A stretch of DNA of 32,000 nucleotides from contig NC_009664.2 of the NCBI RefSeq assembly GCF_000017305.1, positions 4,650,001 to 4,682,000 of the forward strand, written 5' to 3'. The position numbers and the translations under genes were made by a program. Below the pieces are notes generated by a model. That model saw nothing but the letters and a program-made list of their open reading frames with translations, searched no databases and was not told the DNA's origin. Origin of the DNA: Kineococcus radiotolerans SRS30216 = ATCC BAA-149 (GTDB lineage Bacteria; Actinomycetota; Actinomycetes; Actinomycetales; Kineococcaceae). Position 1 is the first letter of the stretch, and the number at the start of each line of letters is the position of its first letter. Positions 24,501 through 32,000 of the stretch are shown here, piece by piece.

Positions 24501-24992
24501 GTGGAACTGAACTACGAGGAGTTCGTCGCCGCCCGCGGACCGGCGCTGCAGCGCCTGGCCCGCGGGCTGCTGCGCAACCCCTCCGACGCCGAGGACGTCG
24601 TGCAGGACGTCCTGGCCAAGGCCCTGCTGAAGTGGAACCGCATCAGCGCCGCCGACGACCCGATCGCCTACGTCAACCACATGCTGGTCAACGAGTCCAC
24701 CTCCTTCTGGCGCCGCACCGCGCGCCGGGAGGACCCCCGCGCGCCCGAGGACCTCCCCGTCTCCGCCGCCGCGGACGCCACCCAGCGCTTCCTCGACCGC
24801 GACGCGCTGCTCGCCGCGGTGCGCACGCTGCCGACCAAGCAGCGCTCGGTGGTCGCCCTGCGCTACCTCGACGAGATGGACGACGAGCGCATCGCCGACA
24901 TCCTCGACATGACCACCGGTGCGGTGCGCGTCAACGCCAGCCGCGGGCTGGCGACCCTGCGCGCGGCCATGAAGCTCCCCGCCACCGTCTGA
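24501..24992 (+). CDS. ECF-type sigma-70 family RNA polymerase sigma factor (actinobacterial SigE-like subfamily)
   Basis: GTG 24501 gives VELNYEEFVAARGPALQRLA..., the N-terminus typical of this subfamily. Region 2 (AEDVVQDVLAKALLKWNRI...YVNHMLVNE) and region 4 (LPTKQRSVVALRYLDEMDDERIADILDMTTGAVRVNASRGLATLR). Confidence 0.88.
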   Translation: MELNYEEFVAARGPALQRLARGLLRNPSDAEDVVQDVLAKALLKWNRISAADDPIAYVNHMLVNESTSFWRRTARREDPRAPEDLPVSAAADATQRFLDRDALLAAVRTLPTKQRSVVALRYLDEMDDERIADILDMTTGAVRVNASRGLATLRAAMKLPATV

Positions 24993-25022
24993 CCCGCCAC
25001 CGTCTGACCCGCCACCGTCTGA
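24978..25022. repeat. 15-bp tandem repeat CCCGCCACCGTCTGA x3, reiterating the last four codons plus the stop codon of the sigma gene
   Basis: Units at 24978-24992, 24993-25007 and 25008-25022. Each reads P-A-T-V-stop in the sigma reading frame. Confidence 0.95.
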
Positions 25023-25217
25023 CCCTGTCCCCGCGACGGTCAGGCCGGGCAGGAGCCGGTTCGTGGTGCTGACGGATGTTGCTCTGCTCACCCGTGCGTC
25101 ACGTGACGGATGCACAGGGGTCACCGCCGCTGCCACGGTGGAGCAACCCGACGCGGCGGGCCTGTCGTCGCGACGTGGCGTCTTCCAACCGGCACGTGCA
25201 CCTGCGAGGAGCAGACA

Positions 25218-25811
25218 GTGAACATCGGTATCATCGGCAGCGGCAACATCGGCAGGGCTTTCGCTGGACACCTGGTCCGCGGTGGTCACGACGTCGTGCT
25301 CAGCAACAGCTCCGGTCCCGAAAGCCTCACCGAGGTCATCGCTCAGCTGGGTGGCGCCTCGCGAGCCGGGACGGTGCTGGAAGCCGCTGCGCAGGACGTG
25401 GTGGTGTTGGCCGTACCCGGGGGCATCGCCGGTGACGTCGTCGCCGGCCTGCCGGACTGGGGCGGGCGTATCCTGATCGACGCCACCAACGACTTCGCCG
25501 CGCCGGTGCCTGGGCCCTCCGAGCCGACCAGCAGTGAGATCATTGCCCAGCGCGCCCGCGGGGCGCGCGTGGTCAAGACGGGCAACCACATGGGGGCCGC
25601 GGACCTCGCCGCCAGCGCCTCGCGCGCCGACGGCAACGTGGTCCTGTACTTCTCTGGGGACGACGCTGAGGCAAAGAAGGTGCTCACCGAGCTCTTCGAG
25701 GGTCTCGACTTCATCGTCGTCGACCTGGGGCCGCTGGGTCCCGGGAGTCGTCTGCAGCAGTTCCCCGGCGGCCCGCTGGCTGGGCGCGCCTTCGTGACCC
25801 TTCCCCTCTAG
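25218..25811 (+). CDS. NADP oxidoreductase, coenzyme F420-dependent-like (NADPH-dependent F420 reductase family), paralog A
   Basis: GTG 25218 with GAGGAGCAG upstream. Rossmann motif [17 protein letters not shown]. Family-typical VVVLAVP and FSGDDAEAKK. Paralogous to 31028-31675. Confidence 0.8.
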   Translation: MNIGIIGSGNIGRAFAGHLVRGGHDVVLSNSSGPESLTEVIAQLGGASRAGTVLEAAAQDVVVLAVPGGIAGDVVAGLPDWGGRILIDATNDFAAPVPGPSEPTSSEIIAQRARGARVVKTGNHMGAADLAASASRADGNVVLYFSGDDAEAKKVLTELFEGLDFIVVDLGPLGPGSRLQQFPGGPLAGRAFVTLPL

Positions 25812-25821
25812 GCACCGCGCC

Positions 25822-26988
25822 GTGCGGTGGGCGGTACCGCTGACTGGACGCGACCCGGCGCAGGTCAACCGCACGGTCAGCCCTCTGGAACTCTTCTACG
25901 ACCTGGTCTCGGTCATCGCCGTCGCCTTGGCCGCTGAAGGCCTGGAGGAGGTCATCGCCGAAGGGCGTCCCGGAGCGGCCGTCAGCTTCTTCGGGCTGGT
26001 CTTCTTCGCCTTGTACTTGGCGTGGGCGAACTTCACCTGGTTCGCCTCCGCGTACGACAACGATGACGTCTTGTTCCGCCTCCTGACCTTCTGCTCCATG
26101 ACCGGTGCCCTGGTGCTCGCCGCCGGGGTACCGGCCGTGTTCGAGGAGGCCGACCTGCGTGTCGGCGTCGGCGGGTACGTCTTGATGCGCATCGCCCTGG
26201 TCCTGCAGTGGAGCAGGGTGGCACGCGGTGACCCGCTGCGTCGCGTCGTCGCCCTGCGCTTCATCCTCGGCCTCACGGCCGTTCAACTCGGATGGCTCCT
26301 GGTCCTGTTGCTGCCCGCGCTGCGGTGGTTCAGCTGGATGGCCTGGATCGCACTGGCGGCGATCGAGCTGGTCTTGCCAGTGTGGGCTCAGTGGCGTACC
26401 AGTACTCCATGGCACGGTCGGCACCTGCGAGAGCGCTATGGCCTGTTCATGATCATCGTTTTGGGGGAGTCGGTCCTGGCCGGCTCCCGGGCCGTCCAAT
26501 CGGCGCTGGGCACCGCCTCTGTGGTCGCCATGGCTCCCACCTTCATCGGCGGCTTGCTGCTGCTGTTCTCGTTGTGGTGGCTGTACTTCGATCGGCCATC
26601 TGATCACCTCACCTCTTCGCGCTGGTGGCCGTTCGCATGGTCCTACCTGTACCTGCTCCTGTTCGCCTCCGTGGCTGCAGTCGGAGCTGGCCTGTCCTTG
26701 GTCATCGAGGAAACGGCCCACCCCGGCGCCATCGGAGCTCGAACGGCTGCCTGGACTGTGACGTCGTCCTACTGCGTCTGCCTGTTGAGCTTGTGGGCGA
26801 TGTACGTACGCCGCGCCGGATCGCGCGCCACTTCCGTCGTGCATCGGGTAGGCGTTCCCGTCACGGTCGTGCTCATGGTGCTCCTCACCAGTGTCGCCGC
26901 CACCGATCTACATGCCGGGGGGATAGTCCTACTGCTCGGAGCGGTTGCCGTCGCCCTCGTCAGTGTGAAGACCCGAGCCCGGCGGTGA
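25822..26988 (+). CDS. low temperature requirement protein A (LtrA)-like integral membrane protein
   Basis: N-terminal VSPLELFYDLVSVIAV and NFTWFASAYDNDD motifs typical of LtrA-family proteins. About 10 hydrophobic helices. Confidence 0.8.
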   Translation: MRWAVPLTGRDPAQVNRTVSPLELFYDLVSVIAVALAAEGLEEVIAEGRPGAAVSFFGLVFFALYLAWANFTWFASAYDNDDVLFRLLTFCSMTGALVLAAGVPAVFEEADLRVGVGGYVLMRIALVLQWSRVARGDPLRRVVALRFILGLTAVQLGWLLVLLLPALRWFSWMAWIALAAIELVLPVWAQWRTSTPWHGRHLRERYGLFMIIVLGESVLAGSRAVQSALGTASVVAMAPTFIGGLLLLFSLWWLYFDRPSDHLTSSRWWPFAWSYLYLLLFASVAAVGAGLSLVIEETAHPGAIGARTAAWTVTSSYCVCLLSLWAMYVRRAGSRATSVVHRVGVPVTVVLMVLLTSVAATDLHAGGIVLLLGAVAVALVSVKTRARR

Positions 26989-27160
26989 ATGCCAGCCACC
27001 AGGACTTCGGCGCAGTGGCTCAAAGAGCTACATGGGCCCGCCGGTCCGCTGGCCTAGGTCACCCGTGACGACCGGTCCTGTCCCCTCGCCGCCGTGATCC
27101 TGCGCGGCAGGCGGCTACAGCAACCTGATATCTCAACCTTCTGTGAAAGGTGCATTGCTC

Positions 27161-27775
27161 ATGAGCAGCGATCTCACCGCTTCGGCTGTCAGACTCTTCG
27201 AGGTGCTCGAGCACGGCGATGACGTGTTGGCCTCATACCTGGTCCACCCCAACTTCTACAACCGGGAGGCTGCCCTCGCCCCTGCTGCCTGCTCCACCCC
27301 GGGGCCCGCCGGTGTGCTCGCGTCTTCAACCTGGATGCGCGCGGCCTTCAGCGACCTGCACTTCGACATCGGCGCCACCGCTCACGAGGGGAATCGCGTC
27401 TGGATTCGTCTGCGCATGCGGGGATTGCACACCGGACCCTTCGTGCGATACCGCGACGGCGAACTCGACCAGGCGATCCCCCCGACCGGGCGTGAGATCA
27501 ACTTCGAGCAGATCCACGTTCTCACCATGCGACAGGGACTCGTGCTGGAGCACGAGGCGGTACGCGATGACATGACCATGCTCGCTCAACTGGGCGTATT
27601 TCCCCCTACCCCTGCTCTCGGCGCACGGATGCTGGCGTGGAAGGTCTCCGGCCGCGCAGCCCGCGCAGCGGAGCAGATCGCCCAGAAGGCAGCCGCCTCG
27701 GCCGCGGCCTTCGCCCACGACGTACCCGGGCCCCGTTCCGTGCCCGAGGCGGCCGTGGACCCCAGCGAGCGCTGA
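27161..27775 (+). CDS. SnoaL-like / predicted ester cyclase (NTF2-fold) protein with C-terminal extension
   Basis: ATG 27161 preceded by GAAAGGTG. Family-like core: AFSDLHFDI...HEGNRVWIRLRMRGLHTGPF...IPPTGREINFEQIHVLTMRQGLVLEHEAVRDDMTMLAQLG. Confidence 0.8.
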   Translation: MSSDLTASAVRLFEVLEHGDDVLASYLVHPNFYNREAALAPAACSTPGPAGVLASSTWMRAAFSDLHFDIGATAHEGNRVWIRLRMRGLHTGPFVRYRDGELDQAIPPTGREINFEQIHVLTMRQGLVLEHEAVRDDMTMLAQLGVFPPTPALGARMLAWKVSGRAARAAEQIAQKAAASAAAFAHDVPGPRSVPEAAVDPSER

Positions 27776-27840
27776 TCTCCCCAGGCGGCGTTCCGCCCTA
27801 CTCCTCACTGTCCTTCACCGGTCACGAACGAGGTTCGTCC

Positions 27841-28629
27841 ATGACGAGCGCCCTTCCTCCGGCGGCCGACCACGCCCTTTCGTACACGCTGCGCGGCGAT
27901 GGGCCAGGAGTCGTCCTCATCCACGGCACCGGCGGCAGCTTCGCTGACTGGAACGGCCTGCAGGACCCCCTCGCCAACGGGTTCACGGTCCTGACGCCAG
28001 ACCCGCCCGGTTCGGGAGCGAGTCCGTTACCTCCTGGACCCCTGCAGCTGGATCGTGTCGCCGACCAGATCGCTGAGCTCGCGGCGGCGGCAGGTCTGCT
28101 GCGCTACGCAGTCGTGGGTGCCTCCTTGGGTGGCGCTGTGGCACTGCGGGTGGCGACCCGCCACCCGGAGCACGTCACGAGCGTGGTGACCGTCGCCGGC
28201 TACGCACGACCCCGACCCAGCCTGGCGATGAGGCTGGAGGTGTGGGCGGGGCTCGGCGAGGGGGACACCGCCGCGTTGGGCGCGTTCTTGACCAGCGCCT
28301 CCTTCTCTGACGCCTGGCTGGCCGCCTTGGACCCTGAGGCTCTGCATGAGGTGCGCCGATACGCGAGCGGTAGCTCCACCCCCGGCGCGAAGGCACAGCT
28401 GGACATGACCCGCCGCATCGACGTGCGCGCGGATCTTCCGCACGTCGCCGCCCCCACCCTGGTGGTCTCGTGCACCGAGGACATGTTCGTCTCTCCGGTG
28501 CACTCCGCGGAGCTGGCAGCAGGCATCCCCAGCGCACGAACCGGGACTCTGCCAACCGGGCACGCAGCGGCTATCGAAGACCCTCTGCGTCTGACCGTGC
28601 TGTTGGAGGAGTTCCTGGAGCAGCGCTGA
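27841..28629 (+). CDS. alpha/beta hydrolase fold protein
   Basis: ATG 27841 within the longer ORF. VVLIHGTGGS oxyanion region, GASLGG nucleophile elbow, C-terminal PTGHAAAIEDP His context. Confidence 0.85.
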   Translation: MTSALPPAADHALSYTLRGDGPGVVLIHGTGGSFADWNGLQDPLANGFTVLTPDPPGSGASPLPPGPLQLDRVADQIAELAAAAGLLRYAVVGASLGGAVALRVATRHPEHVTSVVTVAGYARPRPSLAMRLEVWAGLGEGDTAALGAFLTSASFSDAWLAALDPEALHEVRRYASGSSTPGAKAQLDMTRRIDVRADLPHVAAPTLVVSCTEDMFVSPVHSAELAAGIPSARTGTLPTGHAAAIEDPLRLTVLLEEFLEQR

Positions 28630-28841
28630 CGTCCGCCACATCACCATGGCGCCAGTCGGTGCGCCGGACACCGGACGCAACAGACACGTCACCTGACAGA
28701 TGCGGCACGTCAGCAGCGCCGCGACGATCCCTAGATCACCAGGCGGGCCCTGACCTCCGCGGTTGCAGTGAACCGTGGTGGGTGAGGACGAACCGGGGCA
28801 TGGTCAGCAGGCGCGGCACAGAGCAGGGGAGGAGAGCCGTC

Positions 28842-30683
28842 ATGGATAGAACCGCAGGGCTGTCTCTGGCGAGCGCACCGGGGAGGTGGCTGGTGGCGGT
28901 CGCCGTCCTCGGAAGTGCCCTGGCGCAGGTGGAAGCCACGGTGGTGAACGTTGCGCTGCCCAGCATCGGGACCGGACTGGGGGCTGACGTCAGTCACCTG
29001 CAGTGGGTGCTCAACGCCTACCTGCTCACTCTGGCCTCACTGGTGCTCCTCGGCGGGTCGCTAGGGGACCGACTGGGACGCCGGCGGGTCTTCATCGTCG
29101 GGACGATGCTCTTCTGCGTAGCGTCGACTGTGTGCGCCCTGGCACCCGACCTGAGCGTCCTCATCGCAGCTCGCGCAGTACAGGGAGTCGGAGCAGCTCT
29201 GGTGGTTCCGGGCAGCCTGGCAATGCTGGAATCCATGTTGGCTCCCGGCGATCGCGCTCGCGGCATCGGCTTGTGGTCTGCGCTCGGAGGTATCGCCGGC
29301 GCCGTAGGCCCAGTCCTGGGCGGGGTGCTGGTCGAGGTGTCCTGGCGATGGGTGTTCATCCTGCCGGTGCCCCTGGGACTGCTCGCCGCAGCGGCGGCCA
29401 GGCAACACCTCCCGCAGGCTGATGACTGTGAGCTGCATGGAGCAGCGGCGAGGGAGCGTGCGGAGCAGGGGCCGGCGCCGAGCCGCGCCCGGCAGAGCCT
29501 GGACGTGGCGGGAACGCTGCTGGTCGTCCTGGCTCTGGGTGGGCTGACGTTTGCGCTGGTCCAGGCCTCAGTGGGCCCGCTGTGGATGGTGTGGGCATCG
29601 GGTGGTCTCGGACTGGCAGCGGCTGTGGCCTTCGTCCTGGTCGAGCAACACGCCCACGATCCGCTGCTACCGCTGCGCATCTTCGCCTCCCGGCAGTTCA
29701 GCGCGGCCAACCTTCTCACTTTCGTGGTCTACGCCGCCCTCGGCGGCGTGTTCTTCCTGCTCGTCGTGGTACTGCAGACAGGCTTGGGCTACAGCCCGTT
29801 GATCGCGGGGGCAGCGACGTTGCCCATCACGTTGGTGATGCTGGTGCTTTCAGCTCGTGCGGGGCAGTTGGCGCAGAAGATCGGTCCTCGGCTGCCGCTG
29901 ACCGGGGGACCGCTGGTCATCGCGGCCGGGTTGCTGCTGCTGAGCCGTCTTGCCCCCGGTTCCTCCTACCTGCACGACGTCCTGCCGGCGGTACTCGTCC
30001 TCGCGTTCGGGCTGAGCGCGACGGTGGCGCCGGTGACTGCGACGGTGCTGGCAGCGGTCCCCGCGCAGCAGGCAGGGGTGGCGGCAGGGGTCAACAACGC
30101 CGTCGCTCGCACGGCTCAGCTGATCGCTATCAGCGCGCTGCCTCTCGTCGTTGGGCTCAACGGCACGGCGTACACCGATCCCCAGGCCATCAGCGAGGCA
30201 TTCGCGACCGCGATGCGTATGTGCGCAGTCCTCGCACTCACCGGCGCAGCCATCGCCTGGGCGATGATCCGCACCCCGCCACCGCGTTCGCGAGCAATTC
30301 CTCCACGAGCAGGAGCTGGGGAATCAGACACGGTGGCCGGTCGTGCGCCCAGCAGGCCCCCCAGCGAGTCCAGTGCCCGGGCGGTGGTGCCTCCGGCTGC
30401 GGGGCCGATCGGTGGCCCAGCCGAGCTGATGGCGGATCGGCGGTCAAGCCGACCGGTAGGCAGGCAGGCGCCCGAGGTGACGCACGGACCGATATCAGCG
30501 GCGATGGACGCGGCGATGGACGCGGCAACGGGTGAGGCACCCCTTGTAGGGAAGAGGCAACTCTGGCACTGCGCCGTCGCCGACCCGCCACCTCTCACGG
30601 CCGTGCTGCTGGGGGAGCCTGCACCGCTCAGCGCCCCCCGGACCTCCTCTCCAGGTCCTGACGGGCAACGCCACCATGGCTGA
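28842..30683 (+). CDS. MFS transporter, DHA2 (EmrB/QacA-like, 14-TMS) drug:H+ antiporter type, with a long non-membrane C-terminal tail
   Basis: ATG 28842 with GGGGAGGAGAG upstream. Motifs LNVALPSI-type N-terminus, GSLGDRLGRRRVF, RAVQGVGAALVVPGSLAML. About 14 hydrophobic segments, then a ~140-aa Pro/Ala-rich tail. Confidence 0.88.
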   Translation: MDRTAGLSLASAPGRWLVAVAVLGSALAQVEATVVNVALPSIGTGLGADVSHLQWVLNAYLLTLASLVLLGGSLGDRLGRRRVFIVGTMLFCVASTVCALAPDLSVLIAARAVQGVGAALVVPGSLAMLESMLAPGDRARGIGLWSALGGIAGAVGPVLGGVLVEVSWRWVFILPVPLGLLAAAAARQHLPQADDCELHGAAARERAEQGPAPSRARQSLDVAGTLLVVLALGGLTFALVQASVGPLWMVWASGGLGLAAAVAFVLVEQHAHDPLLPLRIFASRQFSAANLLTFVVYAALGGVFFLLVVVLQTGLGYSPLIAGAATLPITLVMLVLSARAGQLAQKIGPRLPLTGGPLVIAAGLLLLSRLAPGSSYLHDVLPAVLVLAFGLSATVAPVTATVLAAVPAQQAGVAAGVNNAVARTAQLIAISALPLVVGLNGTAYTDPQAISEAFATAMRMCAVLALTGAAIAWAMIRTPPPRSRAIPPRAGAGESDTVAGRAPSRPPSESSARAVVPPAAGPIGGPAELMADRRSSRPVGRQAPEVTHGPISAAMDAAMDAATGEAPLVGKRQLWHCAVADPPPLTAVLLGEPAPLSAPRTSSPGPDGQRHHG

Positions 30684-31027
30684 TCGGGTTCCATGAGGCC
30701 CCCTCGGCGGGACGCACGGGCCGGCCTGGCGTGGATCGGCGCCTCACTGGCTCGCGCCCGCAGTCCACGGCCACGCAGACGGCGTCTTGGAAGCAGTCAG
30801 GTAACGGATGCCAAGAGGATCTGGGTGCGCCACGCTAGGGCGAACCTGCCGGGGCGGTGAGTCGAGCTTGACCGCTGTCGAACAGACTGCACGGGGCCTT
30901 AACACCCATCCGCGTGGGCGCGGGCAACGAACACATCGCCAGTGAAATACGGAACAGAAGCGCATATTGCTTCTGCAGATACGGCTACATTTCAGCACCG
31001 TGGAACAATCGAGCACGAGGAGTGCAC

Positions 31028-31675
31028 ATGACAGTCGTCGGTATCATCGGTAGCGGAAACATCGGCGCACAGGTCGCGCGCCGCGCGGTCAGCGTCGGCT
31101 ACGACGTGGCCATCGCAAATTCCCGGGGCCCGCAGACCCTTGAAGGTCTCATCGAGGAGCTCGGCCCGCGAGCTCGAGCGGTGGATGTCGAGGAAGCCGC
31201 CCGAGCCGCGGACGTCGTCGTGGTGGCCATCCCCATCGACAAGTACCCCCAGCTGCCAGCTGATGCCTTCGCCGGCAAGGTCGTCCTGGACGCCGGCAAC
31301 TACTACCCGGACTGGAACGGCCGCTTCCCCGCCCTCGACGACGAATCGACCACGACAGCGGAGCTGCTGCAGGAACACTTGAGCGCCAGTCACGTGGTGA
31401 AGGCGTTCAGCAACATCGCCGCAGCCGACATCACCACCGACGGGCAGCCGGCGGGGAGCCCGTCCCGGCGCGCGTTGATCATCGCCGGCGACGATGAAGC
31501 AGCCAAGGAGCAGGCGACGCGGCTGATCAACGCCTTCGGCTTCGACGTCGTCGATGCAGGCAAGCTGGCGGAGGGCTGGCGCTACCAGCGCGACACCCCC
31601 GCCTACGGCGCCCGCTTGGATGTCGACGGCGCCCGGCGCGCACTGTCCGAGGCGCGGCGCTACCGGGACATGTGA
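31028..31675 (+). CDS. NADP oxidoreductase, coenzyme F420-dependent-like, paralog B
   Basis: ATG 31028 with GAGGAG upstream. [18 protein letters not shown] Rossmann motif, [17 protein letters not shown]. Paralogous to 25218-25811. Confidence 0.8.
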   Translation: MTVVGIIGSGNIGAQVARRAVSVGYDVAIANSRGPQTLEGLIEELGPRARAVDVEEAARAADVVVVAIPIDKYPQLPADAFAGKVVLDAGNYYPDWNGRFPALDDESTTTAELLQEHLSASHVVKAFSNIAAADITTDGQPAGSPSRRALIIAGDDEAAKEQATRLINAFGFDVVDAGKLAEGWRYQRDTPAYGARLDVDGARRALSEARRYRDM

Positions 31676-31683
31676 GGCAGGCG

Positions 31684-32000
31684 GTGGACTACCGCACGCT
31701 GGGGCGCACCGGCGTCAGCGTCAGCACCACATGCCTGGGGGCCATGATGCTCGGGCCGTGGGGCAACCCCGACCCGGAGGAGGGCGTAGCCATCGTCCAG
31801 CAAGCCCTCGACGCCGGTATCAACTTCATCGACACCGCCGACGTGTACTCCGCCGGCGAGTCCGAGCGAATCGTCGGCAAAGCCTTGGCCGGCGGTCGCC
31901 GGGAGAACGTCGTCCTGGCCACCAAGTTCCACAACGCGATGGGGCAGGACCGCAACCAGCGGGGAAACTCCCGCCGCTGGATCATGACGGCGGTAGAAGA
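31684..32000 (+). CDS. aldo/keto reductase, N-terminal part (3' end outside the window)
   Basis: Not in the ORF track (no stop inside the window). GTG 31684 lies 8 nt after the previous stop, preceded by GAGGCAGG. Translation [27 protein letters not shown]...[23 protein letters not shown]...VVLATKF carries AKR signatures. Confidence 0.75.
   Translation, partial: MDYRTLGRTGVSVSTTCLGAMMLGPWGNPDPEEGVAIVQQALDAGINFIDTADVYSAGESERIVGKALAGGRRENVVLATKFHNAMGQDRNQRGNSRRWIMTAVE

Noticed and set aside
506-25048. The 24-kb segment bracketed by the sigma-gene direct repeats as an integrative mobile element
   Set aside because: No integrase, transposase, tRNA target, conjugation or phage genes are recognisable inside. 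The repeats are better explained as gene duplication plus conversion. Recombination potential is noted in the findings instead.
847-26844. Long antisense or alternative-frame ORFs (e.g. 847..1986-, 9002..10102-, 10181..11272-, 13729..14652+, 14729..15751+, 16168..17649+, 17809..18813+, 24444..25874-, 25711..26844-)
   Set aside because: All overlap motif-supported genes on the opposite strand or in another frame. Their translations are Arg/Gly/Pro/Ala-rich low-complexity strings, the usual shadow ORFs of high-GC DNA.
28470-28841. Upstream extension of the MFS ORF (28470..30683), and similarly 27637-27840 for the hydrolase ORF
   Set aside because: The extensions overlap the preceding genes in other frames and are Arg-rich. 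Internal ATGs (28842, 27841) have good ribosome-binding sites and give normal N-termini.

Overview
High-GC (roughly 70% by eye) actinobacterial-type chromosomal segment, densely coding and rich in transcription regulators. I call about 30 protein-coding genes. Regulators: three paralogous ~920-aa LAL/STAND-type LuxR regulators (5577-8348 minus, 10187-12988 plus, 21491-24259 plus), a WhiB-like protein, a TetR, a MerR, and an ECF (SigE-like) sigma factor at 24501-24992. The sigma gene has a decayed, internally deleted partial copy 24 kb upstream (506-817). A minus-strand block holds an HSL-type esterase, an aldo/keto reductase, a DJ-1/PfpI protein, and a MacB-like ABC ATPase with a small ORF and an FtsX-like permease. 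A plus-strand block holds two F420/NADP-oxidoreductase-like paralogs, an LtrA-like membrane protein, a SnoaL-like ester cyclase, an alpha/beta hydrolase, a DHA2-type MFS exporter and a second aldo/keto reductase. There is also a CapA-family lipoprotein and a secreted protein with two PPC-like repeats. I recognised no rRNA, tRNA, CRISPR array, transposase or integrase. The most unusual object is a 294-bp perfectly periodic heptanucleotide minisatellite at 20062-20355 (25x GCACGGA, 16x GCACGGG, 1x GCACGGC), lying between an HD-domain gene and the MerR gene. It is G-quadruplex-competent on the + strand, stop-free in all six frames, capped by inverted copies of its own unit, and shares flanking sequence with the region downstream of the sigma gene. 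Other second-look items: the unevenly diverged sigma-gene duplication bracketing 24 kb; tandem repeats that reiterate the sigma stop codon; a MerR-type-looking palindromic promoter upstream of the reductase gene; phased 11-bp direct repeats; an A/T-rich 770-bp ORF-poor gap; a tightly coupled WhiB three-ORF unit with a hexamer-periodic tract; a small ORF wedged into the ABC operon; and a frame-hopping coding signal downstream of the first LuxR gene. All family calls come from motif recognition by eye. No database search or computation beyond manual counting was possible.
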